Shown piece by piece: positions 23,225 to 36,068 of a stretch of DNA of 64,000 bases. The first letter of the stretch is position 1. Every line of letters starts with the position of its first letter. Source of the stretch: Podarcis bocagei (taxonomy: Eukaryota); NCBI GenBank assembly GCA_964188305.1, contig OZ076885.1. One strand, 5' to 3'. The translations under genes were made by a program, and so were the position numbers. The notes beneath the pieces are model-generated. The model worked only from the letters and a program-made list of their open reading frames with translations, was not told the origin of the DNA and ran no database searches.

Positions 23225-24036
23225 TATCTTTATTGAGAATGTTGCATGCAAAGTTCGGGGGGGGGGTGTAACTAGAAAAGGCATTTATTTATTTGTTAAA
23301 ACAAAGAACCAACTATGTAATCTATAAAACATCACAGCCTGGATGGGAAAAAGTACAAAAATACAGTGTAGCTTCCAAAAGGATAATAAAGTAATAACTC
23401 ATGCAAAGGTCCCATTTACCAATAAGAAAGATATATAAAAATAAAAGTATTCTCCACCTGTGAGTTCAATCATTAATAGTCTTAAATGAGCCAGACATTT
23501 GCATATACTGGTGGCACACAGTGACCATGCGCCTCAATATTGATACAAGAAATAAAATCATTCCATATGCCCCAAAAATGGCCCTTTCATGCTCTGCCCT
23601 TTGTGATATACCTTCTCAACCAGGTGCTGCACCCAGTATTAGGGCGTGCTCCCAAACCCTGTCACTCATGTAAATTAAACACAAAAATACTCTGCATGAG
23701 GAGAGGATCACAAGTCCTAGCAGCGAACACAGTTATTTGAGTGCCAGTCTTTATGCAGCCAAAATAGCACCATCCGCAGACAAGAGAGAGCCATCAACAG
23801 GCTTGGGAGAATGCCAAGGTTTGCAGAAGTAGGAAAATAAAAATAGGGAGGAAACCAAGGCGGTGGGGGAATCTCCCAAAGCAGTCTGGATGAAGATGGA
23901 GAATGCTCAGCAACCATAGACTGTTGAGCTGGGGGTGGGGACGCAATGGAATGCAAGATCCTGAAAAATGGCAAAGCAGATTGGCTGCAACTCTGAACAA
24001 GTCCCACTTGTGCAATCTTAGCATAAATCATTACCT

Positions 24037-24070
24037 TGCAGTTGTGCCTAGTGCCCACCAAGTGGCGCTG
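24037..24070 (+). promoter_or_regulatory. Candidate CTCF site with upstream (U) motif
   Basis: TGCAG ttgtgcc tagtg c CCACCAAGTGGCGCTG: core with one mismatch plus an upstream TGCAG module. Confidence 0.55.
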
Positions 24071-24513
24071 CAGCCCTGGCAACCAAAACGTTAAGACTTG
24101 TTCTAAAGTAGGATGAAGTTTTCTGAAGGCGTCTCTTTGATAGCGTTAAGTAGTGGGTCAAGAAACAAATATTATCTGAGGCAGAGAATGCAGCCTGATA
24201 AAAAATGCTGCTTCCATATCCCTTTCCTGTAGGCTCAGCTGTATGAGCAATGAAATAACACAATAACAGTACTTAGCTTTTATATACAGCTGTGCTTCAC
24301 ATACACGAAACATAGTCTTACTTACAACAGCAGGACAGTACTATTACTTGCATTTTGCAGCAAATACCAGGAGGCTGCCAAAGGCCACACCCCGAATGTG
24401 ATGTAATAAATGATCAGTGATAAATAAGCAATAAAACAAATTGAGGGAAAAGATCTCTTTGGGTGCTTCCTGATGGTTGCTGTTTTGTGGGTGGTATTCA
24501 CTGTGGCACACTT

Positions 24514-24870
24514 AAAAAGGTAAAGGGTAAAGGGACCCTTGACCATTAGGTCCAGTCGTGACCAACTCTGGGGTTGTGGCGCTCATCTCGCTTCGTTGGC
24601 CGAGGGAGCCGGCGTACAGCTTCCAGGTCATGTGGCCAGCATGACTAAGCCGCTTCTGGTGAACCAGAGCAGCCCACGGAAACACCGTTTACCTTCCCGC
24701 CGGAGCGGTACCTATTTATCTACTTGTACTTTGACGTGCTTTTGAACTGCTAGGTTGGCAGGAGCTGGGACCAAGCAACGGGAGCTCACCCCGTCGCAGG
24801 GATTCAAACCGCTGACCTTCTGATCGGCAAGTCCTAGGCTCTGTGGTTTAACCCACAGCGCCACCCATGT
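24514..24870 (-). mobile_element. Sauria SINE
   Basis: Near-identical to the other copies; ACCTTT-type tail. Confidence 0.93.
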
Positions 24871-27096
24871 TAGACTGTGCAATAAGGTGGATTTGGAGCT
24901 CTACAGCAACAAACCAACTCCCCCCTCCGCCTTTGTATTGGAAAGTGGTGGAATAATGACTGCTTGATGCAACTGTCATATAACCTCCCTGGGAACAATC
25001 AGAAGTAATGCTCGGCAGCAGATGGTGTAGTGAGGTGGTGACACTCACATGACCTCTAGTCAGTTGCATCAGGGGGGCAGTGAAGTTAGTGTGGTGGAAC
25101 TGCACTGGCAGGAGCACTGGACTGGTTCCACTGCTGCTTTTGCACTGCACCAACACTTGCTGCCACCTCACCCTTCACCTTCTCCCTCCCAGTGAACAGA
25201 AGCATCATGATCAGCCAAAGGTCAGGTGAGCACAGAGGTCCTCCTATGCTTGTGATGGTGACCTCTGAGGCACAAGCAAGCTTGCAAAGGTTGAACCAAG
25301 CCAGTTGTGATGAAAAGCAGACTGAATGAATTCCTCCTCCATCTCTAGGCACCACTGCAGGAAGGTGCGTAGAGCCCTTCTCCAGTTTAAAGATACCATA
25401 CCTCCCTGACTTGGGCTGTCACAGGAAACTGTGGTTAGATAAACCCCAGAAACTTCCCATCTCCCCCTCACAATCACATGAGGGGAGCATGGGAGCCTGA
25501 AGCTCATGCAGTCTCATGCGGGTGGTGCAAAACTGCTTTCCTGTTGTGCTTGAACCAGCCCATACCTTGCTCTTTCAAAAGCAGGGTAACGAAACAAGAA
25601 GCATCTGTGGCCGGATTTCTCCTATGGGATATTATTTCTTTCATTTCTAACTAAAACTTTGTTCCTGTAGCAGGCCAAAAGATATTAATAGCCTGGCCAA
25701 TTACCATACCCAAGCACATCCTGAGTGTCCTAGATTCAGACCAGTCTGAATTTGTCACAAAGCTGGTATATTCATTGTTATTGGTTATTAATTTCCTATA
25801 AAGTGACAGAACCAGAGTGTCCATGCTGTGCTTGTTAGATTACTCTTCTTCCTTCTAAGCCACCGGCCGAGAGAAGTCATTAAGTGGCTTGACACACAGT
25901 ACAGTGGCTGCTGGAAGCATTTGGGACTGATTCCGCCCACTCATGGAAATCAAAGGAAATGTTTGCTCCTGAGTGCAGAATCTGACCATCAAATAAGGTA
26001 TGCAGGCCTGAAGAGACACCATACAGATGCTGCTCAAATATAAGCTTCTGTCTGTGGTCTCCATGCTGGGTTTGTAAAGATTAAAATGCAGCACTTTAAA
26101 GGAATGCTTACAGCATAATAATGACATGCTTCCTTTTAGAACACATTAAGGCATTAGGATTTGGCCCCAGCACTTTGGACAGCTTTACCTGAGCTGATTC
26201 CTTACCAGCTGCATCCGAAAAGCAGCAGCAGCCACAACCATCAGTGGTGAAACCGGGGATCTGGAGCCACTCAGTTCCCACTCAGAAGGGTCAGAGCTCA
26301 GTGGTACAGTCCCAGGTCCAATTCCTGGCATCTCCAGGTAGGGCTGAAAGAGGACCCTGCATGAAACCACGGAGACCTGCTGCTAGTCATTGTAGACATC
26401 ACTTAGCTAAATGTACCAATGGTCTGGCTTGGTGCTATGCTGCCTAGAGGAGATGGCAGGCAAGTGAAATTGTGGAGGTTGTGGCTGCTCCTAGCCAATG
26501 TATTTTGCTGCCTTGGGTGGGCTATGAAGAAGGTAACAGAAGGAAAAAGAAGAAGAACAGGGGTCACCAAGGGCATGTTTCAGATCCTTCACATTGGGCA
26601 TGGATTGAGGGAATGTTTTCAAGATTGGGTAATGGAAGAGGCAGGTTCTGTATCTATATCCATCCTTCTATCTCCCTGTCTCTGTAGTTGTCCCAATAGA
26701 ACTCTTGGTCAGTTTCTCCTGTGCCAGGGCAGGCTTGTCTATATGACATTGGAATCTAGGGGTCATACACCTCCAAATGTTTTAAGCATCAACATTATAA
26801 TCATAGTCTGGCCATAATAATGGACTATGTCCAGACGAGGCTGACCAGAATGGTGAGAGGTCTGGAAACCTGGTCCTCTGTGAATTGTGGTTCAAAAAAC
26901 AAGGTTTGTATAGTCCAAAAAAGAGAAAATCAAGGGGACACATGATAGTGGTCTCCAAATATCTGAAGGGCCATCATGCAGAAGAGGGGCAAACCTGCTC
27001 TCTGCTGTTCAAAAGAGCAGGTCTGGAACCTACTTGATGGGAATTTTAATGAAACTGGGTGAAACATTAGGGGACACTTCCTATCAGCAAGAACTA

Positions 27097-27241
27097 CAGT
27101 GGTACCTCCGGTTGCGGACAGGATCCGTTCCAGAGGTCCAGTTGGATCCCAAGGTTTCTGCAACCTGAGGACCACTTCCTGCGCATGTGCAAGGGGCAAA
27201 ACCTGGTAAACCAGAGGGTTATGTAAATGGAGGTTTGACTG
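27097..27241. mobile_element. Short Tigger/pogo-like MITE
   Basis: ta|cagtggtacctcc ... ggaggtttgactg|ta. Confidence 0.75.
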
Positions 27242-27380
27242 TATTTGGTAGAGGAACAGACCATCTTGGGAGATGGTGGATTCTCCTATACTGAAAGTGC
27301 TTAAGCAAGAGCTGGACTGTTAACCATTAGGGGTGCTGTAGGTCTTGCAGTGAGCAGGGTGTGTGTGGATTAGATGTCAT

Positions 27381-27813
27381 GATGTATGGAAGTGAGAGCT
27401 GGACCATAAAGAAGGCTGATCGCTGAAGAATTGATGCTTTTGAATTATGGTGCTGGAGGAGACTCTTGAGAGTCACATGGACTGCAGGAAGATCAAACCT
27501 CTCCATCCTGAAGGAAATCAGCCCTGAGTGCTCACTGGAAGGACAGATCCTGAAGCTGAGACTCCAGTACTTTGGCCACCTCATGAGAAGAGAAGACTCC
27601 CTTGAAAAGACCCTGATGTTGGGAAAGATGGAGGGCACAAGGAGAAGGGGACAACAGAGGATGAGATGGTTGGATAGTGTTCACGAAGCTACCAGCATGA
27701 GTTTGGCCAAACTGCGGGAGGCAGTGGAAGACAGAAGTGCCTGGCTTGCTCTGGTCCATGGGGTCACGAAGAGTCAGACACGACTAAACGACTGAACAAC
27801 AACAACAACAACA
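27381..27813 (+). mobile_element. RTE-BovB LINE 3' fragment with (CAA)n tail
   Basis: MYGSESWTIKKAD...WCWRRLLRV.WTAGRSNLSILKEISPECSLEGQILKLRLQYFGHLMRREDSLEKTLMLGKMEG...; ends gactgaacaacaac. Confidence 0.95.
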
Positions 27814-28212
27814 AAGATCCCTTCCAATGCCATGTTTGTTTGTTTGTCTTTTGAGACAGATGGATGCCAACAATTATTTACTATAAGGTTCCACCAATGT
27901 GTATTTGGAATGGAGACAGATGTTTGTGGACTACAGCTCCCATCAGCTTCGGCATGGACAATGATAAGGAATGATGGGGATTGTAGTCCAACAACAGCTG
28001 CAGAGCATGAGGCTAACTATCCCTGGCTTAGCCGTGAGTCCCGTTGACTTCAAGGGCAGGTACTGTCTAATAAATAAGCTTTCCACCTTAAAGTTATGAC
28101 TTAGGGGAGTGATTTACAAACTTAGGTTGCTAGTGAGGGGTTTCTTAGAAGCTTGCTGGGGGCTCCGTTGAAGAGTTAGGAGAGCAACATACAACTGCAG
28201 CTTCAGTAGACT

Positions 28213-28676
28213 AGTTGGGTGAACAGCCCATTAGTGTGTCCTCTATCAGTCCATTCATATGGTTGGCTTTCTGGAGCGTCTTGCTTAGTCAGGTCCACTT
28301 CCTGGTGGGGCTGGGTTGCAGTCCGGTCCCCCTAGCCACTGCTCCTCAGCATCAGGGCAGGACAGCATCCTGCGTCACACTGGGCTGGGGGAGATTCCCG
28401 GCCACATCAGGATGCCAGGCGGCCAATCCGGACGCTTGAAGGCGTGGCCGGGGACAATTTAATCCTCAGCACGACTCTGAGGCTTCCACTTTCAGCCTCG
28501 CAAGGTGGGCAGAAATCAGTTATAGTCTGTTGATGCCAATGCCTAAGCCAATACTGCTCACATTCTGTAATCAATAAAGTTGTGGTCTAAATTTTGTCCA
28601 TTAACATAAACCTAAAATTCGGTGTCCTTGTGTCTTTATTCTCCTGGAGGTGGCTTGGGGGCCTTGACCCGCAACT
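28213..28676 (+). mobile_element. LTR-like element with AGTT...AACT termini
   Basis: CCAAT ~28423, tgtaatcAATAAAgttgtgg ~28566-28585; flanks gact/cact; poly(A) block shared with the 32601-33363 element. Confidence 0.6.
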
Positions 28677-30376
28677 CACTGCTACGAGAATCTGGGAGAC
28701 TCCAGTGCGGTTTTAAATTCCTAGCAACTTCTTCAGTTGATTCACAGTAGACACACCTAGGCAAAATTGTGTTAGTCATATGGTAGGTAATTGCTCCATT
28801 CCTTCTATAAATAAATTATCAGGATCTCTTTGTTAGTTTGCACTCACCTTTGTCACTGTATCAGGCAGCTGCTAATGGTATAGCTGTGAATAGAAATACA
28901 ACGTCAGAAGGTATCACATAATGATTACAGCTTTCTGGAGATGTGTATTTTCGGAGAAGGTTCTCCCTTCATGGTTAGTTTACTGCATGTTTCAAAGCAA
29001 AGGCTACATTCCCAAAAAAATCTGCTCAGAAAAAGCATTTGTTAATGATGGCTTTAAACTTGTTTCTGGATAATTTAATGCAATACTTTACAAAGCTGTG
29101 ACCAGGAAAAAACACTGGATTGTATTTGACTAAGAGCAGAGTTCCTTACAAATTCATTGCTTTCATTGGGTTTACTGTGAATATGACTAAAGCCATAATC
29201 CAACACACAGAGATGCCAATACATCAAGCTGTTGTGAGTCTGGATTTTAATTATCGTATTTATTATTGCATTTCTCTCCTAAGGAGACCAGGCCAGGAAA
29301 CTCCAAAATGTCGAAACGAAATAATTTAAAGTAAAATAAAAAATAATTAAAATCAATTAAAAAGCAGCCACATGCCACCACAGTTACAAATTTAAAGGTT
29401 GCCATGGCCAGTATCTTTCAGGCATCAAATGCTCTACTTTGGTCCTTGGTTGGGGTTTTATCCTGATGTTTTGCATACATCTGATAAACATAACACAATT
29501 CAGGGCAATGGAACATGAAGGAGCTAGGAAAGGAGAATGGAAAGGGTGCCGCAGAAGGATGAAGAGAAGAGGCAAAACCTAGTGAGAAAATAAACAGTAA
29601 TGGGAGGTGTAAATCGTTAGGAGCTGCAGAAGAGAGGAACGTTGGAGTTTCCATACTGATTTAAAATACCAGATCTTGGGCTGCGGAACTCCTGTTCATA
29701 GAAAAAATCTCTTGCTTTTCTAGGAGTCTTGTTAAAATATCACATGACGAGAATTTGCGTGATCAAGCTCTTGAACATTCTTGTTTTCATGGTTTTCGTT
29801 TTCTCTCTCCCCCTCCCCCACCCCAACACACACTTGGCTGGAATAAAGGCAGACTTACTCTAATTAAATTGTGAAAGGATTACCTACTTGTAGTTTCAAT
29901 CTTCCTTACTGAGTAAAAGAATTGAGGACTTAGCATCCAAATAAGCTATGCTCCAAGTAAACGAAAACCCACTTTGTGATCCAACTTTCTGCTTTAGCTA
30001 AAAAACAAAATAGTGCTTAGTATCACAATAATCTGAGAGGGAGTCCAATGGCCACCATACATTGTAAGTGACAAAATAGGCCTGAGCATCTTAGCTACTT
30101 ACCTCAGCATTCACATTAAAAGACATCAGAAAACAGAGCTGCAAATTAGGTAGCATTAAAGCACAATTTTATACCACCCAATCCCTCTCTTGGGAGAAAA
30201 AGGGATTCAGAAGATGTAAAAAGAATGGTCACGGCGAAGTCTAGGAAGGAAAGTGCAGCTAAAGAAAATTAGAGTATGGGGATGAAAGGTGGCCAATTTT
30301 CTTTTCCACATCCAGGGTTTTATACATCTATCTTCAGATTAGGGGCAGTACACAAATTGCACATACATTAGTTCTA

Positions 30377-30589
30377 GTTACAGGTAGGTAGCCGTATTGG
30401 TCTGCCATAGTCGAAACAAAATTTAAAAAATCCTTCCAGTAGCACCTTAGAGACCAACTAAGTTTGTTATTGGTATGAGCTTTCGTGTGCATGTATCTGG
30501 AAGAAGTGTGCATGCACACGAAAGCTCATACCAATAACAGACTTAGTTGGTCTCTAAGGTGCTACTGGAAGGAATTTTTTTTTATTTTG
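30377..30589. mobile_element. Penelope-like element remnant (inverted pseudo-LTR pair plus tail)
   Basis: 63-bp inverted arms 30431-30493 / 30511-30573 (1 mismatch); unpaired tail gttacaggtaggtagccgt...; hammerhead-like core. Confidence 0.8.
30493..30531 (+). ncRNA. Minimal hammerhead-ribozyme-like motif (core carries an extra G)
   Basis: GUAU-CUG(G)AAGA-A-GUGUG CAUG CACAC-GAAA-GCUC-AUAC: stem I GUAU/AUAC, stem II GUGUG/CACAC, palindromic AGCU. Confidence 0.55.
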
Positions 30590-31340
30590 CTTGTACATAC
30601 ATTGTGTTTTGTTAGCTCAGGGGTAGCCAACGAGGCACACACTAGATGCTGCTGAACTCCAGTGCCAATCAGCTCCATCCCATATGATCAATGTTGGGAG
30701 ATATAGTTCTGCAATATCTGAAAGGCACCACATTAGCCACCCCTGACTTAGCTGTTAGGAAAGTTAGTTCTGGTTTTTTGTGCACAAGCAGTATTTCAAG
30801 AGTTAACAGCATATAAAAAGTTTTGTCTCATTATTTCCACATATGTACACATTTGGAATTTAGTTTTTTGAAGTCATTGTTGTCATGTGAACCTGTGTTC
30901 TCATACCCTCCAAGTGTCCCTATTTTCCAGGAACAGTCCTGGACTTACAGAAGCCGTCCTGGTTTCTTATTTGATCCCAAAATGTCCCACTTTTCCTTAG
31001 AACATCTCTATTTTCACTGGAGAAATGTCAGAAGGTATGGAGTTATCTGATCCCCAAACCATTTGAAGGCAGCCTTATATAGGGAAGTTTTTTTTTCTGT
31101 TTAATGTTTAATTACGCTTTTATATATGTTGGAAGCTGCCCAGAGTGGCTGGGGCAACCCAGTCAGATGGGTGGGATATAAATAGTTATAGTAACAACAA
31201 CAACAACAACAACAGTTATGGAAGAGGACATTCCTATTTTCATCAGAGGGTATGTGTTCTAAAGCATGCTTGCATATTTAGCTTGTGGCATGCACGGAGA
31301 GCACCTTTGCAAGTCATGCTAAACTGCTCTGGGGTACAGT

Positions 31341-31697
31341 AAAGGTAAAGGTAAAGGGACCCCTGACCATTAGGTCCAGTCGTGACCGACTCTGGGATTG
31401 CGGTGCTCATCTCGCTTTACTGGCCGAGGGAGCCAGCGTACAGCTTCTGGGTCATGTGGCCAGCATGACTAAGCCACTTCTGGCGAACCAGAGCAGCACA
31501 CGGAAATGCCGTTTACCTTCCCGCTGGAGCGGTACCTATTTATCTACTTGCACTTTGATGTGCTTTTGAACTGCTAGGTTGGCAGGAGCAGGGACCGAGC
31601 AACGGGAGCTCACCCTGTCGTGGGGATTTGAACCGCCGACCTTCTGGTCGGCAAGTCCTAGGCTCTGTGGTTTAACCCACAGCGCCACCTGTGGCCC
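31341..31697 (-). mobile_element. Sauria SINE, full length
   Basis: TSD tggggtacagta; (ACCTTT)n tail. Confidence 0.93.
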
Positions 31698-32600
31698 TTT
31701 GGGGTACAGTAGTAAAAGCTATTATTCACTAAGAAATCACTGGCCTAAATGTCAAATATGTCCTGTAATCAGCATAAAGAAAAATGTGTATGAACCAAAT
31801 GGTACCATAAATCACATCCATGTCACTGATTCCCACATGCCTATTGATGTGGTGCATTTAATTCCAAGTGGAAATGTCCGTTTGCAACAGACATTGGGCA
31901 AATGGGCATATGTTTAAGCCTCTATAACAAAGATGCAAGTCAGCTATAAATAACACACACACAAAAACCCAAACCACCCCAGTGGCTGATAATGTCAGTC
32001 TCTGTGGACAGTGTTGCAAATGTCACAGTTACTCTTAGTAAGGTCAAAGCACATGGCTGTATGGAACATGTATGAAATTAATACAGTAATTGGACCATAT
32101 TAATCTAGGGTTTGAGAGATTATAATTTCCTCGCACTTTTAATATATAACCTGTACTATTACTACACCTTTAAGAACTATAGAATGTTTTCCACCAATCA
32201 GCTTTTAGCTTGCTTTCCCACTAAAAGTTCCAGCTCAGATCTGAAGAAGCAGGCTGTTGCCTAGGAAGGCTCATTTTGTAATAAAAATCTTATTAAAAAT
32301 TAGTCTCAAGGTGCCGTCAAACGCATTTATGACAGAAAACGAACATGGTTTTCACATTATGTTACGGTAATAGTTTCAGACTTACATAGGTTGCACAGCT
32401 TTTTGGCTTTACAGATACTTATGTTGACTGCATATGTTCAGCATGATGTTCATATTTACCACTTCAAACCATTTTATTTTACAAATAAGGTGGCATACAA
32501 TTTGAATCCTACAAAAGCCACAAAGAAAGAACAGGAAACAAAGAGGGTCACACTAAACCCTGGTGGGATAATTCCTAGAGGGTATAGGCAATAAAAGTGT

Positions 32601-33363
32601 TTGTGATTTGAGGACCCACCACCCGCTTGAGGATAAGAAAGACACATGGGTGCAGTATATTAGGTTAATGAGCTAAAAAAGGCCACAACTTTATTGATTA
32701 CAGCATGTGAGAGCTATTGGCTTAGGCATTGGATAAAACAACAGAGGTTGACTCCATCCCCTCAGGAAGGGGTGAGTCTAACAAGGGTTAACCACCAGTA
32801 GGAGGAGCCTGTTGATGCAAATACAACTGAAAGCTCCCTCTGATGTCACTGGGGTCATGCCATGGCCCTAGCCACCAGCAAGGGCATCAGACAGGATCCA
32901 CGACCGCTGGATTCCTCTAATGGAATACCCATAAAGTGGAGGGGTAGGCAATGGCCACACCCTGCCCTCCAATACACAAACATATTCCAGTGCCCAACTG
33001 CCAATACCTAAAAGTTATGATGATTTGCTACGAGGTAGGCAAAAAACCAAGTGGCTGGTGCCAATTTGCCAGTTGGATAAAAAGTCCTACCAGGCCCCTT
33101 GGACAACCAAGGAGACCAACCACAGGTCCACAGCAAGGTCAAGAACAAAGCAATGAACTAAAGGGAGGGTGGGTGATCTGTCGAAACTCAGCAGCACAAT
33201 GAGGGAGAAGAGCTGCCGCGGCAGCATTTGAGTGGCTAAACCCCGCCCCCGAGCCTCCCCCCGATTGGTTGACTGCCAGGGGGCGCGGTGCGGCAGCAGG
33301 GACAGCTGTGCAGGGGCTGGAACGCCCCCTGCCAAACGTGGGAAATGGCTCCCGCTCACAACT
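32601..33363 (-). mobile_element. LTR-like element
   Basis: Minus strand begins agttgtgag, has CCAAT and GC boxes (~33240-33270) and ctgtaatcAATAAAgttgtggcc (~32681-32703); TSD not resolved. Confidence 0.65.
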
Positions 33364-34859
33364 CCTCCCCTCTGGAAGGAGGAGAGGCTTTAACAGCGTA
33401 ATTCTAAACCTACTAAGAAAGCATTTTCACTGAGTTCAATGGGATTTACTTCGAGGTTACAGGATTGAATCACAAATTGCCTTGCTTTTGAAAAACAGGA
33501 AATACCAATATTTCTTATGAATAGGAAAATTGGTGTGATAGGGGCTCTGGAAAATGGAATATAGCTATGGTTGCCTGTTTAAATTTCTTTTTTTGTATCA
33601 GAGCTGATTAAGGATGCTTCCAGCAGAACACAGTGGGAGTGAAAATAGAAGAGCAATGTGAGGGATGCAATCTGAGCATAACCACTGGATCGCTTCGTTC
33701 CTGTCTGTACATCATGTTATGTTCATTGCCTGATGACTGGAACTGATCGAACACCACAGACAGAGGCTTCATGGTACCAGGAAAAGCAGGGAAAGACTGC
33801 AGCTGAGCACTGAAATCCTGGATTTGCAGATATGAAGAACAGGCAGCCCTGTTTAGGGAAGTGTTTAAATGACTGATGTTTTAATGTATTTTTAATCTCC
33901 TGTTGGAAGCCGCCCAGAGTGGCTGGAGAAACCCAGCCAGATGGGTGGGGTATAAGTTGTTGTTGTTGTTCTTGTTGTTGTTAATCAATTCATGCAGCAT
34001 GATCCTATGCAATCAGAAGCAAGTCTCATGGAATTCAACAGACTGTTTTTCATTCCCTCCCCTCATTTATTTATTTATTTTCATTTCCAAAATTACAGGA
34101 GAAATTTCTGATGTAGTCGTAATAATAATCCATAAGAATTCAGATGTAAGCCATAATGATCCCTGCAATAACAACCTGTCACATTCATCACATTCTAATC
34201 ATTCCTAAATATTACAACATATGCCTTTAACTAGAAATAGACAAGCATGCTATTAGGTTTATGTTTAGGATTACAGCCTTAATATTATTTTCCTAGATGT
34301 AAGTGTCCCATTTGATGTAATTATCATTGGGCCTTTGTGAGGTATATCAACTTGAATTTTGCACTTCTATAGGTACTTTCTGATTGTTTAGTAGCACAAC
34401 GTAAAGCACACACATTATTTCAACCGTACATGTAAACCATTAGAAAAATAGGCATTGTTTTAAAGGATCCATTTCTTGGGTGTATATTCAGCTATGGGAA
34501 AGAGTGTTTCCTTTAAAATATTTAACAAGCCATGCCTTGGAAACGGCTGAAGATGTTGAAGATGTGGGCTGCCCTGCCAAGCCACTGCCCCATCCTGCCA
34601 ACTGCTACTGTCCAGAGAATGGCATTCTCCCAAAATGGTGTCAGCCCCCCCCCCAGGTGTGTCCAGAATCATGGCTGTGTAGCTCCTGCTCTATGCTGAA
34701 GACCTACCTCTTTACCCTAGCCATTGACAGCTGAGAGACAGAGAGAGATTTTAGGACCCACCCTGTTCTTTTTGTAAATTGTTTTAACGGATTTTAACAT
34801 TGCACTCTTACATTGCTGAAACTCGCCCTGGGATCTTGTGGTGAAAGATGGGTAACAGA

Positions 34860-35080
34860 GGGACCCCTGACCATTAGGTCCAGTCGTGACCGACTCTGGG
34901 GTTGCGGTGCTCATCTCGCTTTACTGGCCGAGGGAGCCGGCATACAGCTTCCGGGTCATGTGGCCAGCATGACTATGCCGCTTCTGACGATCCAGAGCAG
35001 CACACGGAAATGCCGTTTACCTTCCCGCCAGAGTGGTACCTATTTATCTACTTGCACTTTGACGTTCTCTCGAACTGCTA
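34860..35080 (-). mobile_element. Sauria SINE fragment
   Basis: Matches the 3' two-thirds of the other copies. Confidence 0.9.
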
Positions 35081-35764
35081 ATAAATACATAACAACTTCT
35101 TCCTCTTTTTCGTCCTCTTCTTCTTCATTAGATTTATATATCTACCTTCATCATAAGATCTCATGGCGGTTCACAGAGTAAAATACAGGATAAAAACAAG
35201 TAAATAAGTAAACAAAACAGCAAAACAATATTGAAAAGGGTAACTAGGCTTTGGGAAGAAATAGGGAGGACTCTAGGACCCTGTCAGAGCCTCATGGCAC
35301 CATTTTATGGTCTGCCTCAGGTGTTAAAATGTCTTGGGCTGGCCCTCAGAGGAGTACAATAATATGTGGAGGCCTACAAGTTCCACATCCCTGCTTTACA
35401 GGCTGACTGGCCTTTCAAGCTTCCAAACACTTGCTGTTACAAAGGAAATTCAAGTGAGAAAAATTAAAGATGGAGTAGACTTATCCTAACCCTTATCCCC
35501 AAAAATGTTGGAGTCACTTGATTTGGTGCAAAGTGTGTGCTGTTCTTTGTTATGGTACATTTTCTGGGTCTGAATCTGGAATCTTGCAGTTTTGGCAACA
35601 ATAGCATGTGTTGTGCCTTGAAATATAATTGCGTCACAAAATGAGCGACAGATGGGGAAATTTGAGAACAGAGATAGGAGAGGAATCTTGCTGGGTTTTG
35701 AATTTCCCAAACCAGTGGTTCCCAACCTTCTTGGTACGCTGACCTACAACTCTAAATTTACTTG

Positions 35765-36068
35765 TGACCGAAGGCCGGCGGTTCGAATCCCCGCGACGGG
35801 GTGAGCTCCCGTTGCTCGGTCCCTGCTCCTGCCAACCTAGCAGCTCAAAAGCATGTCAAAGTGCAAGTAGATAAATAGGTACCGCCACGGCGGGAAGGTA
35901 AATGGCGTTTCCGTGCGCTGCTCTGGTTCACCATAAGTGGCTTAGTCATGCTGGCCACATGACCCGGAAGCTGTACGCCGGCTCCCTCAGCCAATAAAGC
36001 GAGATGAGCGCCGCAACCCCAGAGTCGGCCACAACTGGACCTAATGGTCAGGGGTCCCTTTACCTTTT
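35765..36068 (+). mobile_element. Sauria SINE, 5'-truncated
   Basis: B-box ggttcgaatccc; ends ggggtccctttacctttt. Confidence 0.92.

Larger units (their letters stand above)
26835..27830 (+). mobile_element. CR1 LINE 3' fragment hosting two younger insertions
   Basis: aggggacacatgatagtggtctccaaatatctgaagggc...ttaagcaagagctggac...ggattagatg [BovB] agatcccttccaa: CR1 3' end motifs. Confidence 0.75.
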
